Shown here: piece by piece, positions 31,182 through 41,300 of the stretch
Position numbering within the stretch: position 1 is the stretch's first letter
How the letters are laid out: each line of letters begins with the position of its first letter
DNA from: an uncultured delta proteobacterium
GTDB lineage: Bacteria; Desulfobacterota; Binatia; UBA9968
Assembly: GCA_963840855.1 (NCBI GenBank)
Contig: CAWJBB010000065.1
Coordinates: 75,856-139,855, forward strand
Length of the DNA: 64,000 nt
Direction: 5' to 3'
Position numbers and translations under genes: made by a program
The notes under the pieces: model-generated
What the model saw: only the letters and a program-made list of their open reading frames with translations
Database searches by the model: none
What the model was told of the DNA's origin: nothing

Positions 31182-31547
31182 TCAGGGGTTGGCTTCCGGC
31201 TTTTTGCGGTCGCGCCCATCGGCGAGAATATGCGGCCCACCGAAGGCCTCGGACCGGTTGCCCAACAGCACCAGCGGCTCGGTGCCGGTATTGGTTAACT
31301 GATAATAGTCTTTGGCTGCGAGAAACACGATTTCGTTCTTTTTGATCGCCCGCTCCTCGCCTTTCAATCCTTTGACCACCCCATTGCCGGAAACAACGAA
31401 AAAGGATTCCGGGTTGGCGTGATAGTGCATGTCCGTCCCATCCCCCGGCACGAAATTAAGCATCCAGCAGCGGAAGTTATCGGTGCCGAAGAGATCGATC
31501 TTGCGTTCATTTTTTGCCATCATCTCGTCGAGATTCGCAAAGTTCAT
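31182..31547 (-). CDS. Cupin-2 domain protein
   Basis: MHYHANPESFFVVSGNG ... LTNTGTEPL; divergent from the first HDO gene. Confidence 0.8.
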   Translation of the reverse strand: MNFANLDEMMAKNERKIDLFGTDNFRCWMLNFVPGDGTDMHYHANPESFFVVSGNGVVKGLKGEERAIKKNEIVFLAAKDYYQLTNTGTEPLVLLGNRSEAFGGPHILADGRDRKKPEANP

Positions 31548-31699
31548 AGCGCCTCCTTTTTTGCGTACTCGATAGTAACCTAGTCGAGCGCCCGTGGGCA
31601 AGCCCCGCTCATTCTCTCCTTGACAGCCAGCGGGTCGTGCAATATGTGGTGAAAGTGCCGCACTGAAACGTTTGCGATTGCCAGCGGGAGGTCAACGCG

Positions 31700-32443
31700 A
31701 TGCTCAAGTTGCACGAGAGCCAGGCCAAAGAGTTTGTCGCCGAGCTTGCGGCCAAGTGCGACCAGCGCTGGCAAGAGACCGTCGATAAAACCCGCTTCAT
31801 GGACGAGCTGCGCGAAGGCAAGCTCAAGAAGGAAACCATCCAACTTTTCTACAAAAACTGGGGCTCCTTCGTGCCGGTGATAAATGCGGTCTATACCTCG
31901 GCTTTTTACAAGCACCTCTGGTTTTTCGTGAAAAACGTCGACTTGATGGAAGTTTACACGGAAAAAGTTTTGGACGAGTTCGGCCATCCCAGCCCGCCGG
32001 GGCATATTCAGATCTTGATCAGCACCGGCGAGGCATTGGGATTGACCAAAGAAGAAGTGCTGCTCTCGCCGATGCTACCTGAATGCCGCGCGCTGCCCGA
32101 TTTTCATCGAACGCTGATCAACGACGGCCAGATCCAGGAATATTGGTTCTCGGTTTTGTGGGAGCATCCTTTCGGCAATTCTTGTTTGGATTTTTTCAAT
32201 GCGTTGACGATGCATTATGGGCTGACCAGCGCACAAGCGAGCTATTTTTCCAAGCACCACGAAGCGGATACGATGGATCATTTGGACCGCAAGGCCCATG
32301 GAGCGGTCACTCAGACGGTACTAGTCAGGTTGCTTCAAGAAGGAATTAACGAACGGCCGGGCTACTCGCCGGAGTATTGCGCCGTGACACCGGCGGATTT
32401 GAATAAGATGTTCATGGATGGATGCTATCGCGCTACGCATTAG
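31700..32443 (+). CDS. Heme-oxygenase-like diiron protein (CADD/PqqC/TenA fold), HDO-1
   Basis: DEFGHPSPPGH, LWEHP and FSKHHEAD..DH ligand pattern; GEALGL helix motif. Confidence 0.75.
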   Translation: MLKLHESQAKEFVAELAAKCDQRWQETVDKTRFMDELREGKLKKETIQLFYKNWGSFVPVINAVYTSAFYKHLWFFVKNVDLMEVYTEKVLDEFGHPSPPGHIQILISTGEALGLTKEEVLLSPMLPECRALPDFHRTLINDGQIQEYWFSVLWEHPFGNSCLDFFNALTMHYGLTSAQASYFSKHHEADTMDHLDRKAHGAVTQTVLVRLLQEGINERPGYSPEYCAVTPADLNKMFMDGCYRATH

Positions 32444-32547
32444 CAGATCTAGGGTCTAGAGTCTCGCGTCTAGAGTCCGGAGTTCCGGAAAAACTCTAGA
32501 CCCGAGACTCTAGACCCTAGACGAGCGTTAACGTCTACGAGGAGTCC

Positions 32548-33972
32548 ATGCCCTTTCCCGATCTACGATCCTTCATCGATGGCGCGCAGCGCATCGGCGA
32601 ACTGAAAGTCATCGACGGCGCCGATTGGAATCTCGAAATCGGCTGCCTCACCGAGCTGATGGCGGAACAAGAGGGGCCGCTGCTGCTATTCGATAACATT
32701 CCAGGCTATCCGAAAGGTTTTCGCGTCGCCGCCAATGTGCTCGCCACGGCGCGCCGCTTTGCGTTGGCCCTCGATTTGCCGAATGACGCGCCGAAGTTGG
32801 AGATTCTCAAAACCTGGCGCGATAAGATTCGCGATCTCAAGCCATTCGTTCCAGTAGAAGTCTCGTCCGGACCGATCGCGGAAAATATACTCGAAGGCGA
32901 CCGCGTCGATCTCAACATCTTTCCGACGCCCAAATGGCACGAGCACGACGGCGGCCGTTACATCGGCACGGGCGACATGGTGGTCGTCAAAGATCCGGAC
33001 ACCGGCTGGGTCAACGTCGGCACCTATCGCTCCTGCGTCGTCGCCAAAGACCGTGTGACACTGTGGATCATCGAACACAAACACGGCAAACAAATCGCGC
33101 GGAAATATTGGCAAGCCGGAAAATCTTGCCCTGTGGCCATTGTTCTCGGCTGCGAGCCGGCCACCTGGATGGCTGCGCCGTCCGCAGCCAAGGCCGGCGT
33201 CAGTGAGTACGAATACGCCGGCGCGCTGCGTGGCGCGCCGCTGGAAGTCATACGCGCGCCGGTTACCGGTCTCCCCGTCCCGGCAACTTCGGAAATCGTT
33301 GTCGAAGGCGAGATGCCGCCGCCCGCAGAAGAGTCGCACATGGAAGGACCGTTCGGCGAGTGGCCCGGCTACTATACCCACACGGGAGAGGAATGCGTCG
33401 TGCGCGTGAAACGAATCCTTCATCGCAACGATCCCATTCTGCTCGGCAATCCGCCGCTTTTGCCGATCACCGAACGCTACGGCATTCCCTTATATGCGGC
33501 GCGTATCTGGGATCATTTGGAACAATCCGGTATCGCCGACATTAGCGGCGTGTGGTGCCACTGTCACACATTGATGGTCGTGATTTGCTTGAAACAGCGC
33601 TACTCCGGCCATGCGATGCAGGCCCTCACGGCGGTGGCGGGGATGGTAACCGGCGCGAGCATGTATCGTTACTACGTCGCCGTAGATGACGACATCGATC
33701 CCGTGGACCTAAAGCAAGTCATCTGGGCCATGTGTACCCGCGTGGACCCCGCAGAGTCGGTGCAAATACTCAAATCGTGGACCTCGGATCTGGATCCGCG
33801 TCTGCCGCCGGAGCGGCGCGAGAAAGGCGATTTCACCATGAGCCGAATGCTCGTAGACGCGTGCAAACCATTTCATTGGCGCGATCAATTCGCGCTGGCG
33901 AACAAATTCAGCGCGGCAATGAGAGACAAGATATGGGAGAAGTGGGCGCCCAAGCTGCAACTAAAATATTAA
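32548..33972 (+). CDS. UbiD-family decarboxylase
   Basis: DLRSFID, LLFDNIPGY, NVGTYR, EGPFGEWPGYY, VDDDID, DACKP. Confidence 0.93.
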   Translation: MPFPDLRSFIDGAQRIGELKVIDGADWNLEIGCLTELMAEQEGPLLLFDNIPGYPKGFRVAANVLATARRFALALDLPNDAPKLEILKTWRDKIRDLKPFVPVEVSSGPIAENILEGDRVDLNIFPTPKWHEHDGGRYIGTGDMVVVKDPDTGWVNVGTYRSCVVAKDRVTLWIIEHKHGKQIARKYWQAGKSCPVAIVLGCEPATWMAAPSAAKAGVSEYEYAGALRGAPLEVIRAPVTGLPVPATSEIVVEGEMPPPAEESHMEGPFGEWPGYYTHTGEECVVRVKRILHRNDPILLGNPPLLPITERYGIPLYAARIWDHLEQSGIADISGVWCHCHTLMVVICLKQRYSGHAMQALTAVAGMVTGASMYRYYVAVDDDIDPVDLKQVIWAMCTRVDPAESVQILKSWTSDLDPRLPPERREKGDFTMSRMLVDACKPFHWRDQFALANKFSAAMRDKIWEKWAPKLQLKY

Positions 33973-34061
33973 AGGGCAATGAAATCCGGTTGAATCCATC
34001 GAGCTTTCCTTATACTAATCGACCCACCCAATCGGAGCAAAATACCAAGGAGGACACTTTC

Positions 34062-34973
34062 ATGGACAAAGTAAATTTTCCCTATCGCTCGGACAGCCAC
34101 CTGCCCTTTCTGCATGTGGTCCACGATTCGGGCTCCTGGGCGAAACATGGGTTAGACGTAAATTATGATTATGAAATCACTTCCGAAGATGCGCACAACA
34201 ATGTCGCCAATGGCACCGTCGAGTTTGTCGGCGGCAATCATCTATCACCCTACATTCGCCGGCCGGCGGGCGACAAATGGGTTTACCTCGGACAAACGGT
34301 GAGCCTTTTGAATCATCGCATGGTGGTGCGCGCCGACTCGGGCATCAATAAGGTCTCCGATCTGAAAGGCAAAAAGGTTGTGACCAAAGGCAAGCATCCG
34401 GGATTGAATACATGGCTGTTCATCAAGCAGGCCGGTTTGCTCAATGACTGCCATATGGAAAAAGCCAAAGGCAGCAAGTTTCATTGGGAAGCCGTGCGCG
34501 ACGGCGAAGCCGATGCGGCTTTCGTCACGCCGCCGGCGGATCTGTTATCCAAGAAAGCCGGGCTGAAAGTCATCGATGTGCCGTTTCTACCGATGGTTTG
34601 GTTCACGACGGTTTCCAGCGGACTGCCCTTTGTCGAAAAACACCCGGACATCATCGATCGATTCCTGCGCGGCATGTGCGAAGGCATCGCCTACTTCAAG
34701 ACGCATCGAGCCGAATCCATCAAGATCATCAAGGAAAAATACGACGCTGAAGGCGATCTCGACGAAGTGACCGCGGCCCATCTATATGATGATCTGGCGA
34801 AGATCTTGCAAGCAAAGCCCTACGCGACGATTCCCGCCATCAGCAACGTCTATGAAATCTCCATCGAGCAGGATAGAGCCGCGGAGAAAACCGACCCCAT
34901 GGCGCTTTGGGATTTTCACTATCTGCGGCGTATCGACGACAGCGGCTTTATCGACAATCTTTATCGAACATAG
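34062..34973 (+). CDS. SsuA/NMT1/THI5-fold binding protein without a signal peptide
   Basis: INKVSDLKGKKV, RFLRGMCEGIAY, DDSGFIDNLY; start MDKVNF follows an AGGAGG RBS. Confidence 0.75.
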   Translation: MDKVNFPYRSDSHLPFLHVVHDSGSWAKHGLDVNYDYEITSEDAHNNVANGTVEFVGGNHLSPYIRRPAGDKWVYLGQTVSLLNHRMVVRADSGINKVSDLKGKKVVTKGKHPGLNTWLFIKQAGLLNDCHMEKAKGSKFHWEAVRDGEADAAFVTPPADLLSKKAGLKVIDVPFLPMVWFTTVSSGLPFVEKHPDIIDRFLRGMCEGIAYFKTHRAESIKIIKEKYDAEGDLDEVTAAHLYDDLAKILQAKPYATIPAISNVYEISIEQDRAAEKTDPMALWDFHYLRRIDDSGFIDNLYRT

Positions 34974-35088
34974 CTACGTTCGTAGCTTATCGACGGGTCT
35001 CGGGTGTCAGGTGTCAGGTCGGAGCAAGGAGCATGAACTCAACACCTGAACATCTGAAACCCAAGACACGATGATAGAAGATCAGGCA

Positions 35089-35877
35089 ATGAGCACCGCG
35101 GCACCCAAGCTCGGCGTGAAAATGAGCCCCGCGGACGCCAAAGCCTACATCGACGAGACCAACGAGAAAGTCATTCAGCGCTGGAAAGAACGGGTAACGC
35201 AGGGGCCGTTCATGAGCAAGTTTCTCGAGGGAACCTTGCCGATGCCGGCGATCAAGTTATTCTTTAAGAACTGGGGCAACTTCACCGTCGAGATCAACAC
35301 TCTGGCTTCCGTCTCCTACCACAAGCATATCGGTTTCTTTAAACGCCATTCCGATCTTATGGGTCCGCTGGGCGCAAAAATTGCGGACGAATTTATTCAT
35401 CCAAAACCGCCGGGCCATGTCTTGGTCATGCTGCAAACGGCTGAAGCCTTGGGTTTGACGCAGGACGAAATACTGCGTGAGCCTATGCTCCCTGAGTGTC
35501 GCGCTATCCTTGATTTCAAGCGCCAGCTCATGTGGGAAGGCACGGTGGCCGAATGGTGGTTTTCCATGCTGACCGAGGAGCCCATCGGCCACTGGTCGGC
35601 GATGTGGTTCAAGACGCTGACCGAGAAATACGGCTTCACCCGACAGCAGGCGGTCTATTTCTCAACCCACGTAGAAGCCGACTTGAAAGAACACGAGGAC
35701 GGCGTCATGGGCCACGCCAGCTTTAACAAGATGGTCATGCAAAGAATTCTGGAAGACGGCTACGCCGATTGCCGCGAAGGCTACAATTTAGAGTACTGCG
35801 CCATCGCCGCCGTCGATCTCTACGGCGTCATGCACCGCGCCGCGGCGGAACTGGCCGGAGTAGTTGCTAGTTCCTAG
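35089..35877 (+). CDS. Heme-oxygenase-like diiron protein, HDO-2 (paralog of HDO-1)
   Basis: FFKNWG, DEFIHPKPPGH, PMLPECRA, LTEEP, FSTHVEADLKEH. Confidence 0.75.
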   Translation: MSTAAPKLGVKMSPADAKAYIDETNEKVIQRWKERVTQGPFMSKFLEGTLPMPAIKLFFKNWGNFTVEINTLASVSYHKHIGFFKRHSDLMGPLGAKIADEFIHPKPPGHVLVMLQTAEALGLTQDEILREPMLPECRAILDFKRQLMWEGTVAEWWFSMLTEEPIGHWSAMWFKTLTEKYGFTRQQAVYFSTHVEADLKEHEDGVMGHASFNKMVMQRILEDGYADCREGYNLEYCAIAAVDLYGVMHRAAAELAGVVASS

Positions 35878-35974
35878 TTTCTAGTTGGGGAGGGGGACCT
35901 GGAACTAGAAACTAGAGACTAGGAACCCAAGACCCAAGACGGCGAACGCTGGCAGCAAAAGGAGTGGCGCGCTC

Positions 35975-37039
35975 ATGCCAATCCAGTTTAATCATTCACG
36001 ATTCTCACCTGCGGCGCGGGTTTTGACTTTCGTTGGTCTCACGCTTGTTTTCGCCTGTGATTTTTCGTCGGCGCAAACCAGTTTTTACCAGGGCAAAACC
36101 ATTCAAATCATCGTCGCCTTCGGCCCCGGCGGTGTAACGGATATCTCCGCGCGATTGGTGGCAAGGTATCTGGGCAAGCATATTCCAGGGAATCCCAACA
36201 TCATCGTGCAAAACATGTCCGGCGCGGCGGGCATCTCTGCCGCGAATCATCTTTACAATCTCGCCAAGCGCGATGGCCTCACCGTAATGGCGATGGGCCG
36301 CGCCAACTATCTGGAGCAAATGACTGGCAAGCCGGAAGTGCGTTTCGATTTTCGGAAGTTCAGCTGGGTCGGAAGTTTTAACAATGCGCCAATGATGCTG
36401 GCGTGCCGCGCTGACAGGGGACTCACAACGCCCGAAAAAATTCGCGCCTCAAAGACGCCGCCGCGATTCGGACAGGGAGGCAGCGCCAGCGTGAGCACAA
36501 TCTTCAGTAGCCTGGTCGAGGAAGCGCTCAATCTCAAGTTCCAAAACGTGATGGGGTATCAGTCGGGCCGGGAAATCGACCTCGCGTTAGAGCGCGGTGA
36601 GATCGACTGCCGCGCCAGCTCGGATATCACCATCTTGCGCTCTCCCTGGCCCGAGTGGCTTGAAAAGCGCTTTGTCACGTTCCTCGTACAACAGGGGCCG
36701 AAGAAAAGCCGGGTTTTGCCGCCGGAGGTGCCCACAGTTTATGAACTGGCGGCCACCGACGCCAAGCCCGTGCTCAACTTGATGAGCGTCATGCTCGCCT
36801 TCACGGAATTCGACCGTCCGTTCGCGGCGCCTCCCGAATTTGCCAGCCGCGGCTGTTGCAAACTCTGCGCGACGGCTTTGAAAAAATGCTCGGCCGATCC
36901 GGGATTCTCAGCCGACGCGAAAAAGCTCGTCGATTGGGACGGCAGCTATCTAAATGGCGAACAGCTTCAGAAAAGGATCGAATCAACGGTCAACCAGCCG
37001 CCCGATGTCATCAAACGGATCAAGCAGATTTTGCAGTGA
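35975..37039 (+). CDS. TctC/Bug-family tripartite tricarboxylate binding protein (compensating frameshifts near 36840-36890)
   Basis: FYQGKTIQIIV..PGG.TD..AR..GKHIPGNPNIIVQNM.GA, ALERGEID. Confidence 0.85.
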   Translation: MPIQFNHSRFSPAARVLTFVGLTLVFACDFSSAQTSFYQGKTIQIIVAFGPGGVTDISARLVARYLGKHIPGNPNIIVQNMSGAAGISAANHLYNLAKRDGLTVMAMGRANYLEQMTGKPEVRFDFRKFSWVGSFNNAPMMLACRADRGLTTPEKIRASKTPPRFGQGGSASVSTIFSSLVEEALNLKFQNVMGYQSGREIDLALERGEIDCRASSDITILRSPWPEWLEKRFVTFLVQQGPKKSRVLPPEVPTVYELAATDAKPVLNLMSVMLAFTEFDRPFAAPPEFASRGCCKLCATALKKCSADPGFSADAKKLVDWDGSYLNGEQLQKRIESTVNQPPDVIKRIKQILQ

Positions 37040-37160
37040 GGCGGCGTGGGGCCGTGGAACTGGCCCAAGAATAGTCTCGGGTCTAGGATTTTGGGTCTCG
37101 AGTTCCCGTGCCCAACCCTAGACCAGAGACACGAGACCCTAGACTGCGAAGAGGTATCCG

Positions 37161-38141
37161 ATGATCCATGGATGCGTTACCAGAGTTTTCGCTACCATAA
37201 CGACATGCTCCCTCGTTGTCATTCTTGCAGCCCGGTTGCCGGCGCAAGAGAAGTCTGAGAACGTACGGGTCGCCATCGCGACCAACTCCTTGGCCTTTTT
37301 GGTCCCCTTTGTCGCTAAAGACCGCGGTCTATACGCCAAGCATGGCAGCGATGTCGAGCTGATTCAAATGCGCCCCAACATTGCCATGGCGGCGTTACTG
37401 GGCGGCGACATCCATTACGCCGAGCTCATCGGCTCGGTTATCCGCTCCGCCGCCAGGGGGCTGCCCGTGCGCGCCATATCGACGGGCATCAAAGCTCCGT
37501 TCTTTAGCATCATCGCGCAAAACAAATACAAAAACATAAAAGAGCTTAAAGGCGCGACCATCGGTCTGACGTCGATCGGCGGAACCAATCACATCAGCAT
37601 GCGCATGACTCTGCGGCATTACGGTTTTGACCCCGACAAGGAGGTGAAATTCCTGGCTATCGGCGATGAAAAGCTGGTCTACGACGCATTCAAGTTCGGG
37701 CGCATCGACGCCGTCGTTCTCGCGCCGCCGTTTTCCTTGCAACTGAAACGTGAAGGTTATTCGATGCTAGCGAATACGGCGGACTACGTCGTCATACCGT
37801 TTTCCGGTCTTGGCACGACTATCGAGAGGATCAAGAGCAACCGCGGGCAAGTCAAAAGACTCTTGAAGGCCGAGATCGAAGCGCTGACATTTATTCATGC
37901 CAACGCGGCAGGCACGACGGAAGTCATCCGCAAACGTTTTAATATGGACGAAAGACTCGCCCGCGAGTCCTATGACGCCGTCGTCAACGCCTTCAGCCGC
38001 GACGGCCGAGTGCCGCTGGACGGCGTCGACATCTTGCTGCAAATCGAAAAGGACGCCAAGCAAATTCCCGCAACCGTCACGCCGCAAATGGTCGTGGAGC
38101 CGTCGCTGGTGGAAGAGGCTCTGAAAGAGTTGGGGAAATAG
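37161..38141 (+). CDS. ABC-type substrate-binding protein (SsuA/NMT1-like)
   Basis: Signal peptide; AKDRGLYAKHG, KELKGATIGLTSIGG. Confidence 0.85.
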   Translation: MIHGCVTRVFATITTCSLVVILAARLPAQEKSENVRVAIATNSLAFLVPFVAKDRGLYAKHGSDVELIQMRPNIAMAALLGGDIHYAELIGSVIRSAARGLPVRAISTGIKAPFFSIIAQNKYKNIKELKGATIGLTSIGGTNHISMRMTLRHYGFDPDKEVKFLAIGDEKLVYDAFKFGRIDAVVLAPPFSLQLKREGYSMLANTADYVVIPFSGLGTTIERIKSNRGQVKRLLKAEIEALTFIHANAAGTTEVIRKRFNMDERLARESYDAVVNAFSRDGRVPLDGVDILLQIEKDAKQIPATVTPQMVVEPSLVEEALKELGK

Positions 38142-38163
38142 TTTCAGCTTCGCGGCGCCATTC

Positions 38164-38769
38164 TCACGGGCCGGCGATCCTCGGCAATAAATCGCCGATT
38201 GTCGACCAGTGATCGCAACGCGCGATTTTCGGGTGCTCCAGGGCTCCCTGATTCCACGGGCGGTCCAACAACGCGACGAGGAGCTTCATTTCCGTCGCCA
38301 GGAATTTTGCCATCGGCAAAGAGTCTTCCACCGCCCAGCAAAATTGTTGTGTCGCAAGCTCAGTCAGAGACAGGCCGACGGTGTTTTCAGTCTGGAACCG
38401 GCCGTATTTATCAACCACTGTGAAGCTGTGGTAGGGAACCTTGAAGCGCGCCAGCCACTCGATTGACGCAGCAATCGTGTCGGGCGGACGTCCGGTGACG
38501 ATGGCGATTTCAAAGCCCGCGCCAACCCATCCATTGAGCACATCGATGGCCTCCGGAATCGGCTCGATGCTGAGGATTTCGTCATCAAAATGGACGATCT
38601 CGTAAAGCTTGGTCCGCTCGCCCGGCGTCAAATTGCAACTACGTTCAAAATCGAAATCCGTCAGCGCGTCATAAGCGATTTTCTTGCCGAATTCCCGTTC
38701 AATAACCACCAGAAACCGCCGGGCCGTCTCGCACAGCACGTCGTCCATATCTACGTAGATGGTTTTCAC
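38164..38769 (-). CDS. HAD-superfamily 5'(3')-nucleotidase-like phosphatase
   Basis: YVDMDDVL, IVTGRP, VEDS, DRPWN; start overlaps the UbiD stop (GTGA). Confidence 0.85.
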   Translation of the reverse strand: MKTIYVDMDDVLCETARRFLVVIEREFGKKIAYDALTDFDFERSCNLTPGERTKLYEIVHFDDEILSIEPIPEAIDVLNGWVGAGFEIAIVTGRPPDTIAASIEWLARFKVPYHSFTVVDKYGRFQTENTVGLSLTELATQQFCWAVEDSLPMAKFLATEMKLLVALLDRPWNQGALEHPKIARCDHWSTIGDLLPRIAGP

Positions 38770-40370
38770 GACTTGATTTTTACCGCAACCCGTTGCCCGG
38801 CGCGCTTCTCGCCGGTTTGGTAGTGATCCCCTCTCAATGCCGCCTGGGCATCTTCTTCGTCCTCGTCCGACCAGAGGCCCAGATTATAACCATGCCACGG
38901 TTCCTGCGGATTGAGCTTCGGCAGTTCGAGCCGCTCCCAAAGCTGCTTGGCGCGCTCCATGTATTCCTTCTTCGGCAAAGACACCGGCGGGTAATCCCAT
39001 TTGCGGGTCGCGTCGATCAGCATCGCCGAAGCGCCGGCGCTCTCGTCTAAAGAATGACCAGTCTCCTGCCCCGGCGGAAACACCGACGGGTCCATCTGCG
39101 GCGTGCGGTTGCGAATGATTAACACGTCCCGATGCGGCTGCATGCGGAATGCCATGGCCCAGAAAAGCGAGTCCAGGTTGCGCGGATTGATGTCATCGTC
39201 GACTGCGATAACCATTTTCCCCGTCGCCGGATTATAGCCGACCATGCTGTGCAGCGCCTGCCAGACATGCGCCTGGTTGATTTTTTTCATCTTGATGACG
39301 CATATCTGCCGCACCGCGATGCTGTGAAAAGCGACTTCGACGATGCCGGGAATGTTGCATTGGTCGCGCAAGAAGCGCAGATAATTGCCCTCCGCGGCCA
39401 CCTGGCGCATGACGCTCGACTCGCTCGGCGGCATCTGGCTGATGATCGTGGCAAGGATCGGATTTTTGCGGTGCGTGATGCACTTCACTTCGAAATAAGG
39501 ATTCAGCAATTTCTCGGCGATATATCCGGTGGACTCGCCGAAGGGCGCTTCCGGTTCTAAAAACTCCGTCGAGATTTCACCTTCGATCACGATCTCCGCA
39601 TTGGCCGGCACCAAGACGTCGTTGGTCTTGCACCGCACCACTTCGATGGGCGCGCCCGCGAGGCCGCCGGCAACGTCGAGCTCACTCACGCTGAAAGGAA
39701 TTCGCGATGGCGCGGTATAGGCCACACAGGGCGGCGCGCCCATCACCAGCGCCGCCTGCAATGGAATGCCCCGCTCTTTGCACTTGCGCCAATGATAGCC
39801 GCCGTGATTGCTCGAACTTAGAAACACGCCTGTTCGGGTCGGGCTTTTGATATGGCCGCGATAGTTGCCGACGTTGATGATGCCGGTCTCCGGATCTCGG
39901 GTGAACCAGTGCGACGCCGTGGTAAACGGGCCGCAGTCGTAACCCGGCGTGGAGATCGGGACGGGAAACTCGCCCAGGCCGCCTTTTTCCAGCAGCGACG
40001 CGCCCGTATAGACGACTTCGTGCACCGGCGCGTTCTCGACGATCTTCGGCGGGATCGGATTGCTCTGCGCCTTGTTCCAGCGCTCGACGATTTCTTCCGG
40101 TTGGCACTGCAAGCCGAAACCGTAAATTCGCCGCGACGCCGCAAGCGTGCCGACGACAACCGGAATATCGTATTTGCGCCCCTTGGCATCGACGACATTG
40201 GTAAACATGAACGCGCGCCGTTGTTCTTCCGACAAACCGCGAAACTGCCAACGCACCAGCGGCATCAGCTCCGTGTCCTTGTTGATCTGCTCATCGATTT
40301 TGATCAGCAGCCCGGCCTTGTCCAGTGCGGCGATATGTTCTCGAAGATCTTTGAAATAACCCATTGGCAA
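38766..40370 (-). CDS. UbiD-family decarboxylase
   Basis: FKDLREHI, NVGNYR, EAPFGESTGY, VDDDIN, IDATRK. Confidence 0.93.
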   Translation of the reverse strand: MPMGYFKDLREHIAALDKAGLLIKIDEQINKDTELMPLVRWQFRGLSEEQRRAFMFTNVVDAKGRKYDIPVVVGTLAASRRIYGFGLQCQPEEIVERWNKAQSNPIPPKIVENAPVHEVVYTGASLLEKGGLGEFPVPISTPGYDCGPFTTASHWFTRDPETGIINVGNYRGHIKSPTRTGVFLSSSNHGGYHWRKCKERGIPLQAALVMGAPPCVAYTAPSRIPFSVSELDVAGGLAGAPIEVVRCKTNDVLVPANAEIVIEGEISTEFLEPEAPFGESTGYIAEKLLNPYFEVKCITHRKNPILATIISQMPPSESSVMRQVAAEGNYLRFLRDQCNIPGIVEVAFHSIAVRQICVIKMKKINQAHVWQALHSMVGYNPATGKMVIAVDDDINPRNLDSLFWAMAFRMQPHRDVLIIRNRTPQMDPSVFPPGQETGHSLDESAGASAMLIDATRKWDYPPVSLPKKEYMERAKQLWERLELPKLNPQEPWHGYNLGLWSDEDEEDAQAALRGDHYQTGEKRAGQRVAVKIKS

Positions 40371-40399
40371 AACTCCTTGATCGTATCTTCGATCCCGGT

Positions 40400-41300
40400 C
40401 CCGGATTACGTTTTCACTCCATCCGGGCTACATGAAAAATCCAAACCTGTAAGCATTCGCAGCCCGGATGCAGCGCAGCGGAATCCAGGGTCCATCCTTG
40501 GCATCCGTAACCGGATTCAACGAAGTGCAATCCGGGACTCCGGCATCACTCACCGGTCGACCCATCGAGTAAATTCGGATCGCCTGCCCAATCCGCAGTC
40601 AACCACCCCAATCTCACAAACCGATGGAATGATGAATACGGCCAGTCGCATACTCGTGTAACGAAACCGTGCTTGACTGGGTTGTAGTGAATGTAATCCA
40701 TATGTGCCTGAAAATCTTGTTCATCGCGCACGGTATGTTCCCAAAACCGTCGCTGCCACACGTTGTACTCCCCCTTAGCATTACGCTTGACGGATCTATT
40801 TTCATCAGCCAGCGCTCTGGAGAAAGTTCCTTTGATCAAACGCCAGCGGTGTGAGTAATCCACGTCGCCGGGCGGCAGAGTCCAAATGCAATGCATGTGG
40901 TCTGGCAGGACGACGACGGCATCGATCTTAAACGGCCGCTTGCGCCGCGCCAGCCGAAAGGCTTGGCGAAGTAAATTTACGTAACAGACGAGCCAGTCGC
41001 TCCTACGGTCCGCGAGCGTAACCGTGAAAAAATAGGTTCCTCCAGGCACCAGGTTGCGGCGATAGAGGACCATGAGGGAATGTTACGCCGAAGCGTGCCG
41101 GGTTGTCCAATATCGAGGTCCCGGATTGCGTTTCACTTCATCCGGGCTACATGGAAATTCACGGATGGAACATGAGTGGAACGGAAACCTCCCCGTAGCC
41201 CGGATGCAGCGTAGCGGAATCCGGGTTCATGTTTTCGCAAATTCCGCGACCGTTTTGGCATTCGGACTCTCCGGATCACGTTAGAGTCCATCCGGGCTTC
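40400..41300. repeat. GTAG-family REP cluster flanking RAYT
   Basis: GTAGCCCGGATGCAGCGNAGCGGAATCCGGG-like palindromes at about 40400-40431, 40459-40490, 41120-41150, 41195-41225 and 41270-41300. Confidence 0.85.
40546..41073 (-). mobile_element. REP-associated tyrosine transposase (RAYT/TnpA-REP)
   Basis: GGTYFFTVT, VVLPDHMHCIW (HUH), WQRRFWEH, YIHYNPVKHG, DWPYSS. Confidence 0.93.

Noticed and set aside
33732-34061. N-terminal extension of the 413-aa ORF
   Set aside because: Overlaps the UbiD gene; the AGGAGG RBS supports a start at 34062.
31700-35877. PQQ biosynthesis (pqqC) or thiamine salvage (tenA) assignment for the HDOs
   Set aside because: No pqqA/B/D/E or thiamine genes are visible, and the ligand pattern fits a diiron site better; the fold assignment is kept but not the function.
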